Shown piece after piece: positions 1 through 11,282 of a stretch of 64,000 nucleotides of DNA. Below the pieces are notes generated by a model. The model did not search any database and had not been told where the DNA came from. It worked only from the letters and a program-made list of their open reading frames with translations. Location of the stretch: positions 1,536,001 to 1,600,000 of the forward strand of contig OY970342.1 in assembly GCA_963717505.1 (NCBI GenBank), given 5' to 3'. Position 1 is the stretch's first letter. Every line of letters begins with the position of its first letter. The position numbers were made by a program, and so were the translations under genes. Source of the stretch: Candidatus Eiseniibacteriota bacterium. Its GTDB lineage: Bacteria > Eisenbacteria > RBG-16-71-46.

Positions 1-446
1 AGTGCCACTTCCGGGAAGACGCGCTGCATTTCGCGCCGAAACGAAGCCTCGATGCCGAAGTCGTCGTCGACCCACAGGAAGCCTCCCGTGGTCAGGTATC
101 GGCGGAGATTCACGACTTCGGCACCGGTGAACTTGATGTTGCCATGACCGCAAGCGAAGACCATCGGGTACTGGAACAGTGCCGCCGAGCCGGGTTCGAC
201 GATCGCCTCACGCTCGCCCGCCACCGGGATTCCGGCGCGCTCGCGGGCCCCGCGCATCAGGTTCACGAGCGAGGTGCGGTCCTCGTACCAGTCGCCGCCG
301 CCGCCGTATTTGAGCCGGGCGATGCCGAATTCGCGAGCGCCGGGAGGCACCAGGCTCTGGGCCAGCCCGGGGGTGGCGAGCAGGAGCACCGCGCCCAGGG
401 CGCCAAGGGTCCCGAATCGAATCGCCAGCCGACGATGAGTTTTCAT
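1..446 (-). CDS. DUF4159-like secreted protein (partial, runs off window start)
   Basis: Manual translation from ATG at 446: signal peptide, then IARLKYGGGGDWY...FQYPMVFACGHGNIKF...LRRYLTTGGFLWVDDDFG, which resembles DUF4159. Not in the ORF track because it is open-ended. Confidence 0.75.
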   Translation of the reverse strand, partial: MKTHRRLAIRFGTLGALGAVLLLATPGLAQSLVPPGAREFGIARLKYGGGGDWYEDRTSLVNLMRGARERAGIPVAGEREAIVEPGSAALFQYPMVFACGHGNIKFTGAEVVNLRRYLTTGGFLWVDDDFGIEASFRREMQRVFPEVA

Positions 447-544
447 GGTATGGGATTGGACGCACGCAACGTGCCCGAAAGGTCCAGTCGCGGCAAGAAG
501 GTCGGGACGGACGCGGGAAACGACGGGCCGAGGGCCGCCGTGGT

Positions 545-1537
545 TCAGCGTGAAGCGGTCGCGCGGCCTGGGCGAAAGATGATGCGCGGACGCGGCAGGA
601 TCGCTCCGCCCGAGGCGTAGACCTCGTAGAAGCCGTCGCCTTGAACCACCGCGGAGTCACCGACGCTCGCGGCGATCAGGTTCCCTGCGGCGTCGAGCGC
701 CGTGACCCGGAAGAGGTATTGGCCGGGAGTCATGTCCTTATTGGTCAGCACGGTGCCGTTGAACGGCTGGCTGCGGCCGACGGTGTCCGGCTGGGTGGAA
801 ATCCCCAGGAAGAAGTCGCGCGATTGCCCGACGTAGACCGGAATCGGCGCGGAAGCCAGGACCCGCTCCATGGGCGTCGACTGGCTGAACTGGAGGATGT
901 GCGCGATGTAGAGCTGTGCACCCGGAACCGGATTCCAGATGGCCGTGGTGTCGGTCGGGAAACTCAGGGTGATTGCGCCGATCGGCGGCTGGCCGAACAT
1001 CGCGGTGTTGGACAGGGGAGACTGGGCGGTGGGCGCGCCACCGATCAAGCCGCGTGCGATGTACTCGACGGCGGCACCCGGAGCAGCTTCGTCGACGAAC
1101 TGAAAGATGTCGCCATGGCCGTCGAGCCAGCGTTCGCGTGGCACCAGCGGGAAGTCGAGAAACTCCAGCAGGCCGCCACTGGGTTCGCGGCGCATGATCT
1201 CGAAGGCGTTCGCCTTCGTACCGTCGAGGATGATGCCATTGCGGGTCCCCGGCGGCCGGCGCGAGTAGCGAACCGGACCGATCAGCACGTCGCTGGGGTC
1301 GGGGCCGAACGGCGGATTGTCCGTGTACTGGAGCGTCACGGCTTCCTGCTCGGGCCACATCATGAGGTGAGCCGTGGTGTCGGGGACGCCCTCGGCGTTC
1401 GAGTAGCTGGCGTCGACCGCGGTCGGCTTGCGCGCGCAGCCGGTCGCCAGCAGTCCCCCCAGGAGGCCAACGAGTCCAACGAGCAGCAGGCCGGCGAACC
1501 CCAGGGGTCGATCGGGGGCGGAGGTTCGGAACCTCAT
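545..1537 (-). CDS. Hypothetical lipoprotein
   Basis: Likely start MRFRTS at 1537 overlaps the secF stop (ATGA); hydrophobic stretch followed by lipobox LATG-C. Confidence 0.7.
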   Translation of the reverse strand: MRFRTSAPDRPLGFAGLLLVGLVGLLGGLLATGCARKPTAVDASYSNAEGVPDTTAHLMMWPEQEAVTLQYTDNPPFGPDPSDVLIGPVRYSRRPPGTRNGIILDGTKANAFEIMRREPSGGLLEFLDFPLVPRERWLDGHGDIFQFVDEAAPGAAVEYIARGLIGGAPTAQSPLSNTAMFGQPPIGAITLSFPTDTTAIWNPVPGAQLYIAHILQFSQSTPMERVLASAPIPVYVGQSRDFFLGISTQPDTVGRSQPFNGTVLTNKDMTPGQYLFRVTALDAAGNLIAASVGDSAVVQGDGFYEVYASGGAILPRPRIIFRPGRATASR

Positions 1538-2454
1538 TCGGCCGGAACTCCCTTGCGGCGGTCGATGCCGATCCAGATGTCGAGCGCGAGAGCGCTCGCC
1601 AGGTAGATCGACGAATAGGTGCCGAGCAGCATGCCGACCACGGTCGCGAGCGAGAAGTCGCGGAGCACGTCGCCGCCCCAGATCAGCAGTGCGACCGCGC
1701 TCAGCATCACGGTGATGTTGGTGATGATCGTGCGCGACAGGGTCTCGTTGACCGCGATGTCCATGGTGCGGCTGTGGGTCTCGTGGCGCAGCGCCTTGGA
1801 TCGCTCCCGGATCCGGTCGAACACGACGACCTTGTCGTTGATCGAGAACCCGGCGATCGTCAACAGGGCCGCGATGACCGTCAGCGAGATTTCGCGATTC
1901 GCGAAGCACAGGATGCCGAAGGTCACGAACACGTCGTGGAACAGCGCGACCACCGCGCCCAGCGCGAACTTGAACTCGTAGCGGAACCCGACGTAGAGCA
2001 GGATGCCGCCCAGGCTGCCCAGGATCGCCAATACCGCCTTCTCGCGCAGCTCGCTGCCGATCTTGGGGCCGACGACCTCGGTCCGGCGCAGCTCGACCTT
2101 GGTGTTGGGCACGCTCGACTCGATCGCCTGCTGGACGCGGGTGAACGGGTCGCCTTCGGAGTTCTCGGTCCGGAGCCGCAGCATGTACTCATCGCGGTTC
2201 TCGCCGGTCATCTGCTGCAGTTCGACGCCGGTCATGCCGGCGGTCTCGAGCGCGTTCCGCACCTGGTCGGCGGCGACCACCGGACTGGTACGAATCTGAA
2301 GCAGCGTGCCGCCGGCGAAGTCGACGCCATAGCGCGGGCCGCCGCGGACCACCAGCCAGCCGGTGGTGGCGACGACACCGATAATCGACAGGACGTAGGC
2401 GACCCGCCGGTATTTCATGAACGGGAAGTTCGTGCCGACCAGCAGTTGCAGCAT
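1534..2454 (-). CDS. secF: Protein translocase subunit SecF
   Basis: GVDFAGGT, VVGPKIGSEL, GFSINDKVVVFDRIRE, ETLSRT, GTYSSI motifs. Confidence 0.97.
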   Translation of the reverse strand: MLQLLVGTNFPFMKYRRVAYVLSIIGVVATTGWLVVRGGPRYGVDFAGGTLLQIRTSPVVAADQVRNALETAGMTGVELQQMTGENRDEYMLRLRTENSEGDPFTRVQQAIESSVPNTKVELRRTEVVGPKIGSELREKAVLAILGSLGGILLYVGFRYEFKFALGAVVALFHDVFVTFGILCFANREISLTVIAALLTIAGFSINDKVVVFDRIRERSKALRHETHSRTMDIAVNETLSRTIITNITVMLSAVALLIWGGDVLRDFSLATVVGMLLGTYSSIYLASALALDIWIGIDRRKGVPAE

Positions 2455-2467
2455 CAGGCGGGTCCTC

Positions 2468-4024
<1,557 letters not shown>

Positions 4025-4101
4025 GGCGCTCCGTATTCGAGGTCAGTCGGAAGGAATGCGGCAGACGCGGCTAAGATGTTGCAGGGCAAAAAGAGGCGGG
4101 C

Positions 4102-4130
4102 AGTGTACGGAGCAGCGCGCGGGGTGTCAA
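4102..4130 (-). promoter_or_regulatory. sigma70-type promoter of secD-secF operon
   Basis: Minus strand TTGACA (4130-4125), 17-bp spacer, TACACT (4107-4102). Confidence 0.75.
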
Positions 4131-4455
4131 CGCCCGGCCAACCCGGGATAAGCGCGGCCCTCGCGTCGCCGATCCAGGGGGCCGGGACAGGGGCCGGTTG
4201 GCGGCCGGCCCCGAAGAGGTGCTTCGTCTTGGAACCCTAGGAGGGTCGGGGTGAGGCGGATGCGGCGGATTGTTGGGCAGGATCCCGGTGCTCGGCCGTC
4301 GAATGCAGATCACGTTCCAAAGGTCGCGCCTCGATGGGAGAACCACTTACGGCGTCCAACCCGACCACGGCGCGTCACGGGTGTCCACGACGTGGACGAT
4401 TGGGGCAACCCTCGGCCATAGGGTCGCCAGGGCCAAGCCTCACTGCGACTGAAGT

Positions 4456-4484
4456 TTGACGAACGCAGGACCCGTAACTATAGT
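4456..4484 (+). promoter_or_regulatory. sigma70-type promoter upstream of beta-barrel gene and guaB
   Basis: TTGACG (4456-4461), 17-bp spacer, TATAGT (4479-4484). Confidence 0.7.
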
Positions 4485-4547
4485 GCCGCGCTCACACCGC
4501 ACCGGGCTCGCCGATTCTTCCGATCCGGCAGAGGAGTTCCCCAAAGA

Positions 4548-5330
4548 ATGGTTGCTCGAAAGAGCGGGTCGAGCAGCGCCATTGCGGCGGTGCTCGCCGC
4601 GGTCGTGTCGCTGGTCGCTTCCCTTCCATGTCACGCTCAGGATCCCACCACCCCGACGGGCGGAGCACCGATTCCACCTGCCGAGGGCGCACTTCCCGGC
4701 CGCGGCGGAATCGGAGGCCAGGTCGGCGCCGGCTCGGTCGTTGCCGAGGGCGATTACTCTGCGGGCGCGGCCACGCGCTTCTCCTTCTCCGGCCACTGGC
4801 GCTACGTCATGGCATCCTGGATTCGCTGGCAGATCAGCCCGGGCTTCTTGTGGGCTGGCTACGAGGAAAAGGAGCCGGCGCCGTTTCGGGACTTGAACTT
4901 CCCCGACGACAGCACTAAGAGCGAGTATCTGACCTTGATGGTGCCGGTGTCGGCGCAGATCCAGCTCACGATGCGACGGGGGGCGTGGTTGTACTACGTC
5001 GGAGCCGGCCCCGGAGCCTATCAAGTGTGGATCGAGAACCGCCGCAAGGTGCTCAAGGATCCGGCGAGCTACAAGCTGCACAGCGGCATCTATCCAGGAG
5101 CATCGTTCCAGATCGGCGCCGAGCGCTTCCTCAAGGGGTTGCCTTCGACCAGCATCGAAGCCTCGCTCGACGGTCACTATGTGCTCGCCGAGGACGACGA
5201 GAAGTTTCCATCGGGATGGAACAACAAGCTGACCGCCATCGGCCTGAGGGTCGGTGGCAACTACTATTTCGGCCTGGATCGCGGCCGGAAGCCGGACGCC
5301 GGGGTTCCCGAGGGACCGCCCGGGCCTTGA
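4548..5330 (+). CDS. Outer-membrane beta-barrel-like protein
   Basis: Signal peptide (CHA-QD), amphipathic beta strands ([10 protein letters not shown]), terminal strand RVGGNYYF. Confidence 0.6.
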   Translation: MVARKSGSSSAIAAVLAAVVSLVASLPCHAQDPTTPTGGAPIPPAEGALPGRGGIGGQVGAGSVVAEGDYSAGAATRFSFSGHWRYVMASWIRWQISPGFLWAGYEEKEPAPFRDLNFPDDSTKSEYLTLMVPVSAQIQLTMRRGAWLYYVGAGPGAYQVWIENRRKVLKDPASYKLHSGIYPGASFQIGAERFLKGLPSTSIEASLDGHYVLAEDDEKFPSGWNNKLTAIGLRVGGNYYFGLDRGRKPDAGVPEGPPGP

Positions 5331-5376
5331 GCACGCGTCCGGTCCCGCGGTCCGCTCTCGCCCCAGGGGGGAGACC

Positions 5377-6864
5377 GTGACGGATCGGGTGATCTGGGAT
5401 CGCAAGGTCGGCCCCGAGGCCCTGACCTTCGACGACGTTCTTTTGGTTCCACGCCTCGCCGAGGTCCATCCGCGCGAAGTCAGCGTGACCTCGCGTTTCA
5501 CGCGCGGGATCTCGATCAACGTGCCGATTCTGAGCGCGGCGATGGACACGGTCACCGAGAGCGCGCTGGCCATCGCGCTCGCCCGCGAGGGCGGGATCGG
5601 CGTGATCCACAAGAACATGTCGATCGCGGCGCAGGCCGAGCAGGTGGATCGGGTCAAGCGCTCCGAGAGCGGCATGATCGTCGACCCGGTGACGCTGCCG
5701 CCGACCGCGACCGTGTCCGAAGCCCACGACGTCTGCGCCCGCTTCCACATCTCGGGCGTGCCGATCACCGAGAACGGTCGCCTGGTCGGAATCCTGACCA
5801 ATCGCGATCTGCGCTTCGAGGACGATCACCGGCGCCGCGTTTCCGAGGTCATGACCCGCGAGCGCCTGATCACCGCCCCGGTCGGCACCACACTCGCACA
5901 AGCGCGGGAAATCCTGGCCCGGCACCGCATCGAGAAGCTGCCGGTGGTCGACGAGTCGGGAATGCTGCGCGGGCTGATCACGGTCAAGGACATCGAGAAG
6001 CGCATCCGCCATCCGCACGCTTGCAAGGACTCGCTCGGCCGACTGCGGGTCGCCGCCGCCATCGGCGCGGGCGACGACTACCTCGAGCGCGCCGCCGAAC
6101 TGATCGAAGCCGGCGCCGACGCGCTGGTGGTCGACAGCGCGCATGCGCACTCGCGGGGCGTGCTCGACGCGATCACGGAATTCCGGCGCCGCTTCCCCGA
6201 CTTCCAGCTGGTCGCGGGCAACGTCGGCACCGGCGAGGGTGCGGCCGCGGTGGCCGACGCGGGCGCCGACGCGGTCAAGGTCGGCATGGGCCCGGGCGCG
6301 ATCTGCACCACGCGGGTGGTGACCGGCGCCGGCGCCGCCCAGATCACGGCGGTGCTCGAAGCCGCACGCGCCCTCGACGGCCGGGACGTGCCGATCATCG
6401 CCGACGGCGGCATCAAGTACACCGGCGACGTCGTGAAGGCGCTGGCCGCGGGTGCTCACTCGGTGATGATCGGCAGCCTGTTCGCGGGAGTCGAAGAGAG
6501 CCCGGGCGAGCTGGTGCTGCTCGAAGGGCGATCGTTCAAGGTCTATCGCGGCATGGGCTCGTTGTCGGCGATGGCCTCGGCGCGCGGCAGTCGCGAGCGC
6601 TACTTCCAGGAGGGCGGCGAGGAGCTGTCGAAGCTCGTGCCCGAGGGGATCGAGGGCCGCGTGCCGTTCAAGGGACCGCTCTCCCAGTCGGTGTTCCAGA
6701 TGGTCGGCGGCCTGCGCGCCGGCATGGGCTACTGCGGTGTGCAGACGATCGAGGAGCTGAGGACGCAGACCCAGTTCAAGCGAATCAGCTCGGCGGGGCT
6801 GCGCGAGAGCCACCCGCACGACATCACGATCACGCAGGAAGCGCCGAACTACGAGATTCGCTGA
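5377..6864 (+). CDS. guaB: IMP dehydrogenase with CBS pair
   Basis: [54 protein letters not shown]; likely GTG start at 5377. Confidence 0.97.
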   Translation: MTDRVIWDRKVGPEALTFDDVLLVPRLAEVHPREVSVTSRFTRGISINVPILSAAMDTVTESALAIALAREGGIGVIHKNMSIAAQAEQVDRVKRSESGMIVDPVTLPPTATVSEAHDVCARFHISGVPITENGRLVGILTNRDLRFEDDHRRRVSEVMTRERLITAPVGTTLAQAREILARHRIEKLPVVDESGMLRGLITVKDIEKRIRHPHACKDSLGRLRVAAAIGAGDDYLERAAELIEAGADALVVDSAHAHSRGVLDAITEFRRRFPDFQLVAGNVGTGEGAAAVADAGADAVKVGMGPGAICTTRVVTGAGAAQITAVLEAARALDGRDVPIIADGGIKYTGDVVKALAAGAHSVMIGSLFAGVEESPGELVLLEGRSFKVYRGMGSLSAMASARGSRERYFQEGGEELSKLVPEGIEGRVPFKGPLSQSVFQMVGGLRAGMGYCGVQTIEELRTQTQFKRISSAGLRESHPHDITITQEAPNYEIR

Positions 6865-6915
6865 GTCGTTCGTGGTGATGCGCGCGACACAGGCCCGTCA
6901 CGCGAAGCCCCCGCT

Positions 6916-7683
6916 TCAGTGGGGGCGCGGCAGCTCGAACTTGAACTCGGGGTTGATCTGTCGGATCTCGCCGACCACACGCTCGAGGTTCTCCTCGGTC
7001 TCGGCCGAAGGGGAGTCCTTCCACCGGGTGTAGAGCTCGAGCAGCTCGTCCTGCTTGAGGCGCAGCAACTCCTGCTGTTGCTGCTCGTCGACCGAGCGCT
7101 CGAGGTGGTAGACCTCGCCGCGCGACAGCCGGGTCATCAGGTCGAGATACTCGCCGCGCATGTGCGACAGGATGCGCAGGTACTTGTCGAAGCCGACCGA
7201 CAGCTTCTCGAGCACTTCGGAGACGCCGGCGTTCTTGCGGTGGACCTGCTGCCCGTAGGAGTAGGCGAAGTGGTAGTAGGTCTTGCCGCGGCCGATGTAG
7301 GCCTCTTCGCTCGGCTGCATCTTGTTCCGATGGCCCTCGGCGGCCATCGGGTTGTCGAAGATCCCGATCGAGACCAGCAGGAAGTCGGCGTTGGTCTTGT
7401 AGATCCGGTACTTGAGCCGCGCGTCGGTGCAGTTGGACAGGCGGTGGAAGACGTCGGTGTCGTAGCGCGACAGGAACTTGCGGGACTGCTCGACGTAGTC
7501 GGGGTTGATGAACGAGTGGAGCAGGTGGGCGAGGTAGACGTTGACGTCCTCGTCGTAGAAGTCCTGATTCGAAACCAGCCCGGTCTCCACGCGGCTGTAG
7601 AGCAGGCAATTGATCATGAAGTAATAGGTCGGCTGCAGCTCGCGGCTCGTGTCCTTGAGGTCCACATAGTGACGCGGATTCAT
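6916..7683 (-). CDS. Conserved hypothetical all-alpha protein
   Basis: Strong host-like codon bias, GGAG RBS; motifs DEDVNVYLAHLL, ADFLLVSIGIF, YIGRGKTYY, LEKLSVGFDKYLRIL. Confidence 0.75.
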   Translation of the reverse strand: MNPRHYVDLKDTSRELQPTYYFMINCLLYSRVETGLVSNQDFYDEDVNVYLAHLLHSFINPDYVEQSRKFLSRYDTDVFHRLSNCTDARLKYRIYKTNADFLLVSIGIFDNPMAAEGHRNKMQPSEEAYIGRGKTYYHFAYSYGQQVHRKNAGVSEVLEKLSVGFDKYLRILSHMRGEYLDLMTRLSRGEVYHLERSVDEQQQQELLRLKQDELLELYTRWKDSPSAETEENLERVVGEIRQINPEFKFELPRPH

Positions 7684-8184
7684 GTTGCATCTCCGACCGC
7701 TGGGGTTCACGACGCTTGGAGATCCGTCTCGACCAGCGATAGGAGCATCGAGTGTGCCACCGGCGAGCGAAGGCGATCAGGAAGCCGCAACCGCTTCACG
7801 AGGCGGGCGGTGGGCGGTCGAGGTCATCTGGGGGAAAATCCCTATTCATACGCACTTGGTGGCTGCGACCACCCGCGATGGGGCTTTTTTCCCCGCTCGA
7901 GAGCGACCCGAACCAGTTCCGGGCCGCCTGGAGGAGGGCCCGGGGACCACGCCGAAAAAGCGTAAAGCTGCAATGGTCTTGTCTAGGTTCTCAATTCGTT
8001 TCACACTTCCCGAAGCGCCATCCGGTGCGGCACCAGGCCGCTAGGCCCCAATGGGCGGATCGCCTGCCGGCATGCGATCCGCAAGAACGGATCCGAGAGC
8101 GTCCCTGCGTCGCGGGCCGCTCGGGTGCGGGCCCGGACGGCATGAGTTGGTTCACGCAGGGCATGCGTCTTGCGTGACTGAGAA

Positions 8185-9663
8185 TTGTCATGGGCGGCGT
8201 TCTCGTTACGTCGCCCCGGCACTTCGTTTCCCACACTGAACCCCTCCTTCGGATCAGGTCCCCTCGCGGACGGTTCGGAGCCCCGGTCTCGGCCGGGGCT
8301 CCGTCTGCGTTTGTTCGCCGGCTGTCTCGGCGGGCTGCTCGTCGCTGCCGCCGGGATCGCCTGGGCGCTGCGCGTGTCGACTTCGCCCGATGGCACGATT
8401 GATCGCGACGGGTTCCTCCTGCAGCTCGGCTGGGTGGGCGGAACCGCGGCGGTCGTGGCGCTGGCGCTCGCGTTCTGGCTCGACCAGGGCATTCGCTCGC
8501 GACTGCTGCGCCTGTCGCGCAGCGTGCGCGTCGTCGACTCGACGCCGCTCAAGGATCCGTTCGGCGCCGGCGGCTGGGGCGAGCTGGGAGATCTCGGTCG
8601 CAACGTTTCGGTCCTGCTCACGCGACATCGCCAGGCGATGCGCTCGGTGGGTCAGTTCCAGGAGCTCGAGCGTCAGCTCGCCGAGCTGCGCGCCGCGACC
8701 GAGCAGTGGAGTCTGACCGAGCGCTGGCCCGGTCTGCCCGCGAGCACCGGCGTCGTCGGCGAAATGTCGCAGGCGCTGGATCGCGGCTTCCGACGTCAGG
8801 CCGAGATCTTCGACCAGAACAGTGAAGCCGCGCGCCAGATCCACGAAGAGCTTGCCGCCGCCGTCCAGGACGCGCGCGAGACCGCGGAACAGGCGGAGCG
8901 CGGCTTCGTCGAGAGCACGGCACTCCTGACCACCATCCGGGAACTTCAGCGACTGGGCATGGAACTGCCGGCCGAGCGCGGCGAGGCGCAGGCCGCGGGC
9001 GCCGACTGGCTGGCTCCGGTGACCGAAGCCATGGCCGAGCTGGTTGCGGCTTCGACCGAGAGCGTCGACCACCTGGCGTCGGGGCTGTCGCGGGTGCACG
9101 AAATCTCGGATCAGGTGAACGTGCTCGGCAACCGCTCGACGCTGGTGGCTCTGAACGCGCTGATGGCCATGCCGCGCACCGGCGAACCGACCACCGAGCC
9201 ATCGACCAGCGAGCTCAAGGATCTCGCGCGCGATGCGCGGGTCGCGACCGATCGAGTCCGCGAACTGGCGCGCGAAGTCGAAACCCAGGTGCGGGCGGCG
9301 ACGGCGCGCATGGCCGGCGTGCGCGAGCGGGTGACCAGCCGGCTGAACTCGATCGAGCCACCGCGCGCGGCGGTGACCCCGCCCGACGCGGCGCGCCAGG
9401 TCGGGCGCATTCGCGAGATGGTCCAGGACGCCACGCGGAAGACCGAACGCCTTTCGGTTGCGGGTGAACGGGCCTCGCGCGCGGCCGATCGACTGGCGCG
9501 ACGCCTGGAAGACGGGGTGCGCGACGTCGAGGGCATGGTGGTCCGGCTGTCGCCTCCCGAGGCCGAGACGGTCCGCGAGGCGCCGCGCCGACTGACGGTG
9601 GTCGAGACCACGGCCGAGGATCGCGCCGACGACGAGTCGAGCGACGCGGGAGAGATCCGGTGA
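8185..9663 (+). CDS. Divergent methyl-accepting chemotaxis-like membrane protein
   Basis: Two TM helices, HAMP-like segment (ELGDLGRNV), long coiled coil, eroded tip LGNRSTLVALNALMAMPRTGE. Start position uncertain. Confidence 0.6.
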   Translation: MSWAAFSLRRPGTSFPTLNPSFGSGPLADGSEPRSRPGLRLRLFAGCLGGLLVAAAGIAWALRVSTSPDGTIDRDGFLLQLGWVGGTAAVVALALAFWLDQGIRSRLLRLSRSVRVVDSTPLKDPFGAGGWGELGDLGRNVSVLLTRHRQAMRSVGQFQELERQLAELRAATEQWSLTERWPGLPASTGVVGEMSQALDRGFRRQAEIFDQNSEAARQIHEELAAAVQDARETAEQAERGFVESTALLTTIRELQRLGMELPAERGEAQAAGADWLAPVTEAMAELVAASTESVDHLASGLSRVHEISDQVNVLGNRSTLVALNALMAMPRTGEPTTEPSTSELKDLARDARVATDRVRELAREVETQVRAATARMAGVRERVTSRLNSIEPPRAAVTPPDAARQVGRIREMVQDATRKTERLSVAGERASRAADRLARRLEDGVRDVEGMVVRLSPPEAETVREAPRRLTVVETTAEDRADDESSDAGEIR

Positions 9664-11282
9664 ACGAAGTCGTCCGCGCGCTGACCCGGGCCCTCGAAGT
9701 CGCGCTCGATCCCCGTTCCGACAATCGCGGGATTCCGGTGGCGCGTGACGTCGCCCAGGTGCTCGGGCTCGACGGTCTCGAGCGTGCGATCAGCACGTGC
9801 CGTCCGGGCAGCGTCGAGACCGGCGCCCTCGAACGGCGGTTGCGCGCCCTGCTCGAAGCCTGTCGGGTTTCCGGGGATCTCAGGATCTTCGTCGACGCCG
9901 ACGCCGGCCTCGGTCGCATGGCGGCCGAACACGGCGCGGTCGTGCGCGGAGAGCCGGGTGCTCAGGAAGGGACGCTGAGCCTGCTCGATGCGCTCGAAGA
10001 TTTGCCGCTCGCCGACGATGCGTCGCGCGCTGCGGCCTTCCGTACCCGGCTCACCGCGCAGGTCGCTGCGGCGGTGCGCGCTGCCCTCGACTGGCTGAGC
10101 GGCGACGAGCCGCGCATGCCGGTCCGTGTCCGCGCCGAAGATTCGGCGCTCGAGCTATGGCTGCCGCGGGTCAGCACGGTCGGCGTGCGGGCGTCCGACG
10201 CGGTGCTTTCCGCAGTTGGCGGCAGCCTAGGTCCAGTCCTCAACGGGTCGCGACCGCAGGCCGGTCGCGCCGGTTGGATGGTGCGCGTGCCGGTGGCGAC
10301 AGCGCGCGAAACCTACTTGATGCTGGTCCAGGGTGGACTGCGACTCGCGGTTCCCTGGCACTCGGTGCTCCGCCTGTCGATGATCGCGCGGGTCGAGCTA
10401 CAGGCGAGCGCGCGCACCCTGGCGGCACCCGTCCTGCCTCCGCTCGCGCCGCTGGCGAGTGGCGCCGGAGACCACCCGGTGGTGTTGATCGCGCGCGGAC
10501 TCCGTCGCGCGTATCTCGTGGCCGACCAGCTGATCTGGCGTCTGCCGGCCGATCGCGTCGCGTGCGATCCGGACCCGCGCCTGCCCCAGTTCGCGAGCTG
10601 CGTGCGCACCGAGGACGGCGAAACCTTCCGGATCGCCGATCCGGCAGCGCTGCTCGCGAACGTCGAACCGCTTGCGGTTCCCGAGCAGGACGTGGCGCCC
10701 CCGGCGGTGGCGGCCCCTGTGGTGGCGGCCCCCGTGGTGGCCGCCCCCGTGGTGGTGCCAACCCCTGAGGTCGCAGCTGTCGAAGCGGCGGCCCCCGTCG
10801 TGGCGCATGCCCGCGATACCGCCGCGGCCATGGTCGAACCGCCGCCGCCCGCGGTGCGCCCCGCCGGCTCGCGCATCCCGATGCTCGATGCTTCGCGCGT
10901 CACGCCGCTGCCAATGCGCGCGCTGGTCGCCGACGACTCGATCACCGCGCGGTTGTTCCTCGCCCGCCTGCTCGAGCCCACCGGATTCGAAGTGCGCTCG
11001 GTGGCCACCGCCGCCGACCTGATGCGCGAGCTGGACGCCGGAAGCTGGACCATCGCGTTCGTCGACATCGAGCTGCCGGATGCCCGCGGCCGCGAGTTCC
11101 TCGAGAACGTTCGGTCGCGCGCCCGTGCCCGCGGCGTGGAAGTGGTCGCGCTGGTGCGCGACGGCGCCGAAGTCCGCGTGTCGGGCGAGGCGGGAGTCGC
11201 ACGCACGCTCAAGAAGCCGATCGAGCGCGACATGCTACGCCTGTTGATGGGTGAACTCGGCTTCGGAACCGAACCGGTGTGA
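9660..11282 (+). CDS. Degenerate CheA-like protein with CheW-like domain and C-terminal receiver
   Basis: LMLVQGGLRLAVPWHSV and VVLIARGLRRAYLVADQL are CheW/P5-like; receiver ALVADDS...FVDIELPD...LKKP; GTGA overlap with upstream gene. Confidence 0.6.
   Translation: MNEVVRALTRALEVALDPRSDNRGIPVARDVAQVLGLDGLERAISTCRPGSVETGALERRLRALLEACRVSGDLRIFVDADAGLGRMAAEHGAVVRGEPGAQEGTLSLLDALEDLPLADDASRAAAFRTRLTAQVAAAVRAALDWLSGDEPRMPVRVRAEDSALELWLPRVSTVGVRASDAVLSAVGGSLGPVLNGSRPQAGRAGWMVRVPVATARETYLMLVQGGLRLAVPWHSVLRLSMIARVELQASARTLAAPVLPPLAPLASGAGDHPVVLIARGLRRAYLVADQLIWRLPADRVACDPDPRLPQFASCVRTEDGETFRIADPAALLANVEPLAVPEQDVAPPAVAAPVVAAPVVAAPVVVPTPEVAAVEAAAPVVAHARDTAAAMVEPPPPAVRPAGSRIPMLDASRVTPLPMRALVADDSITARLFLARLLEPTGFEVRSVATAADLMRELDAGSWTIAFVDIELPDARGREFLENVRSRARARGVEVVALVRDGAEVRVSGEAGVARTLKKPIERDMLRLLMGELGFGTEPV
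10707..10751 (+). repeat. Three 15-bp tandem repeats encoding VAAPV in the linker
   Basis: gtggcggcccctgtg / gtggcggcccccgtg / gtggccgcccccgtg. Confidence 0.85.
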
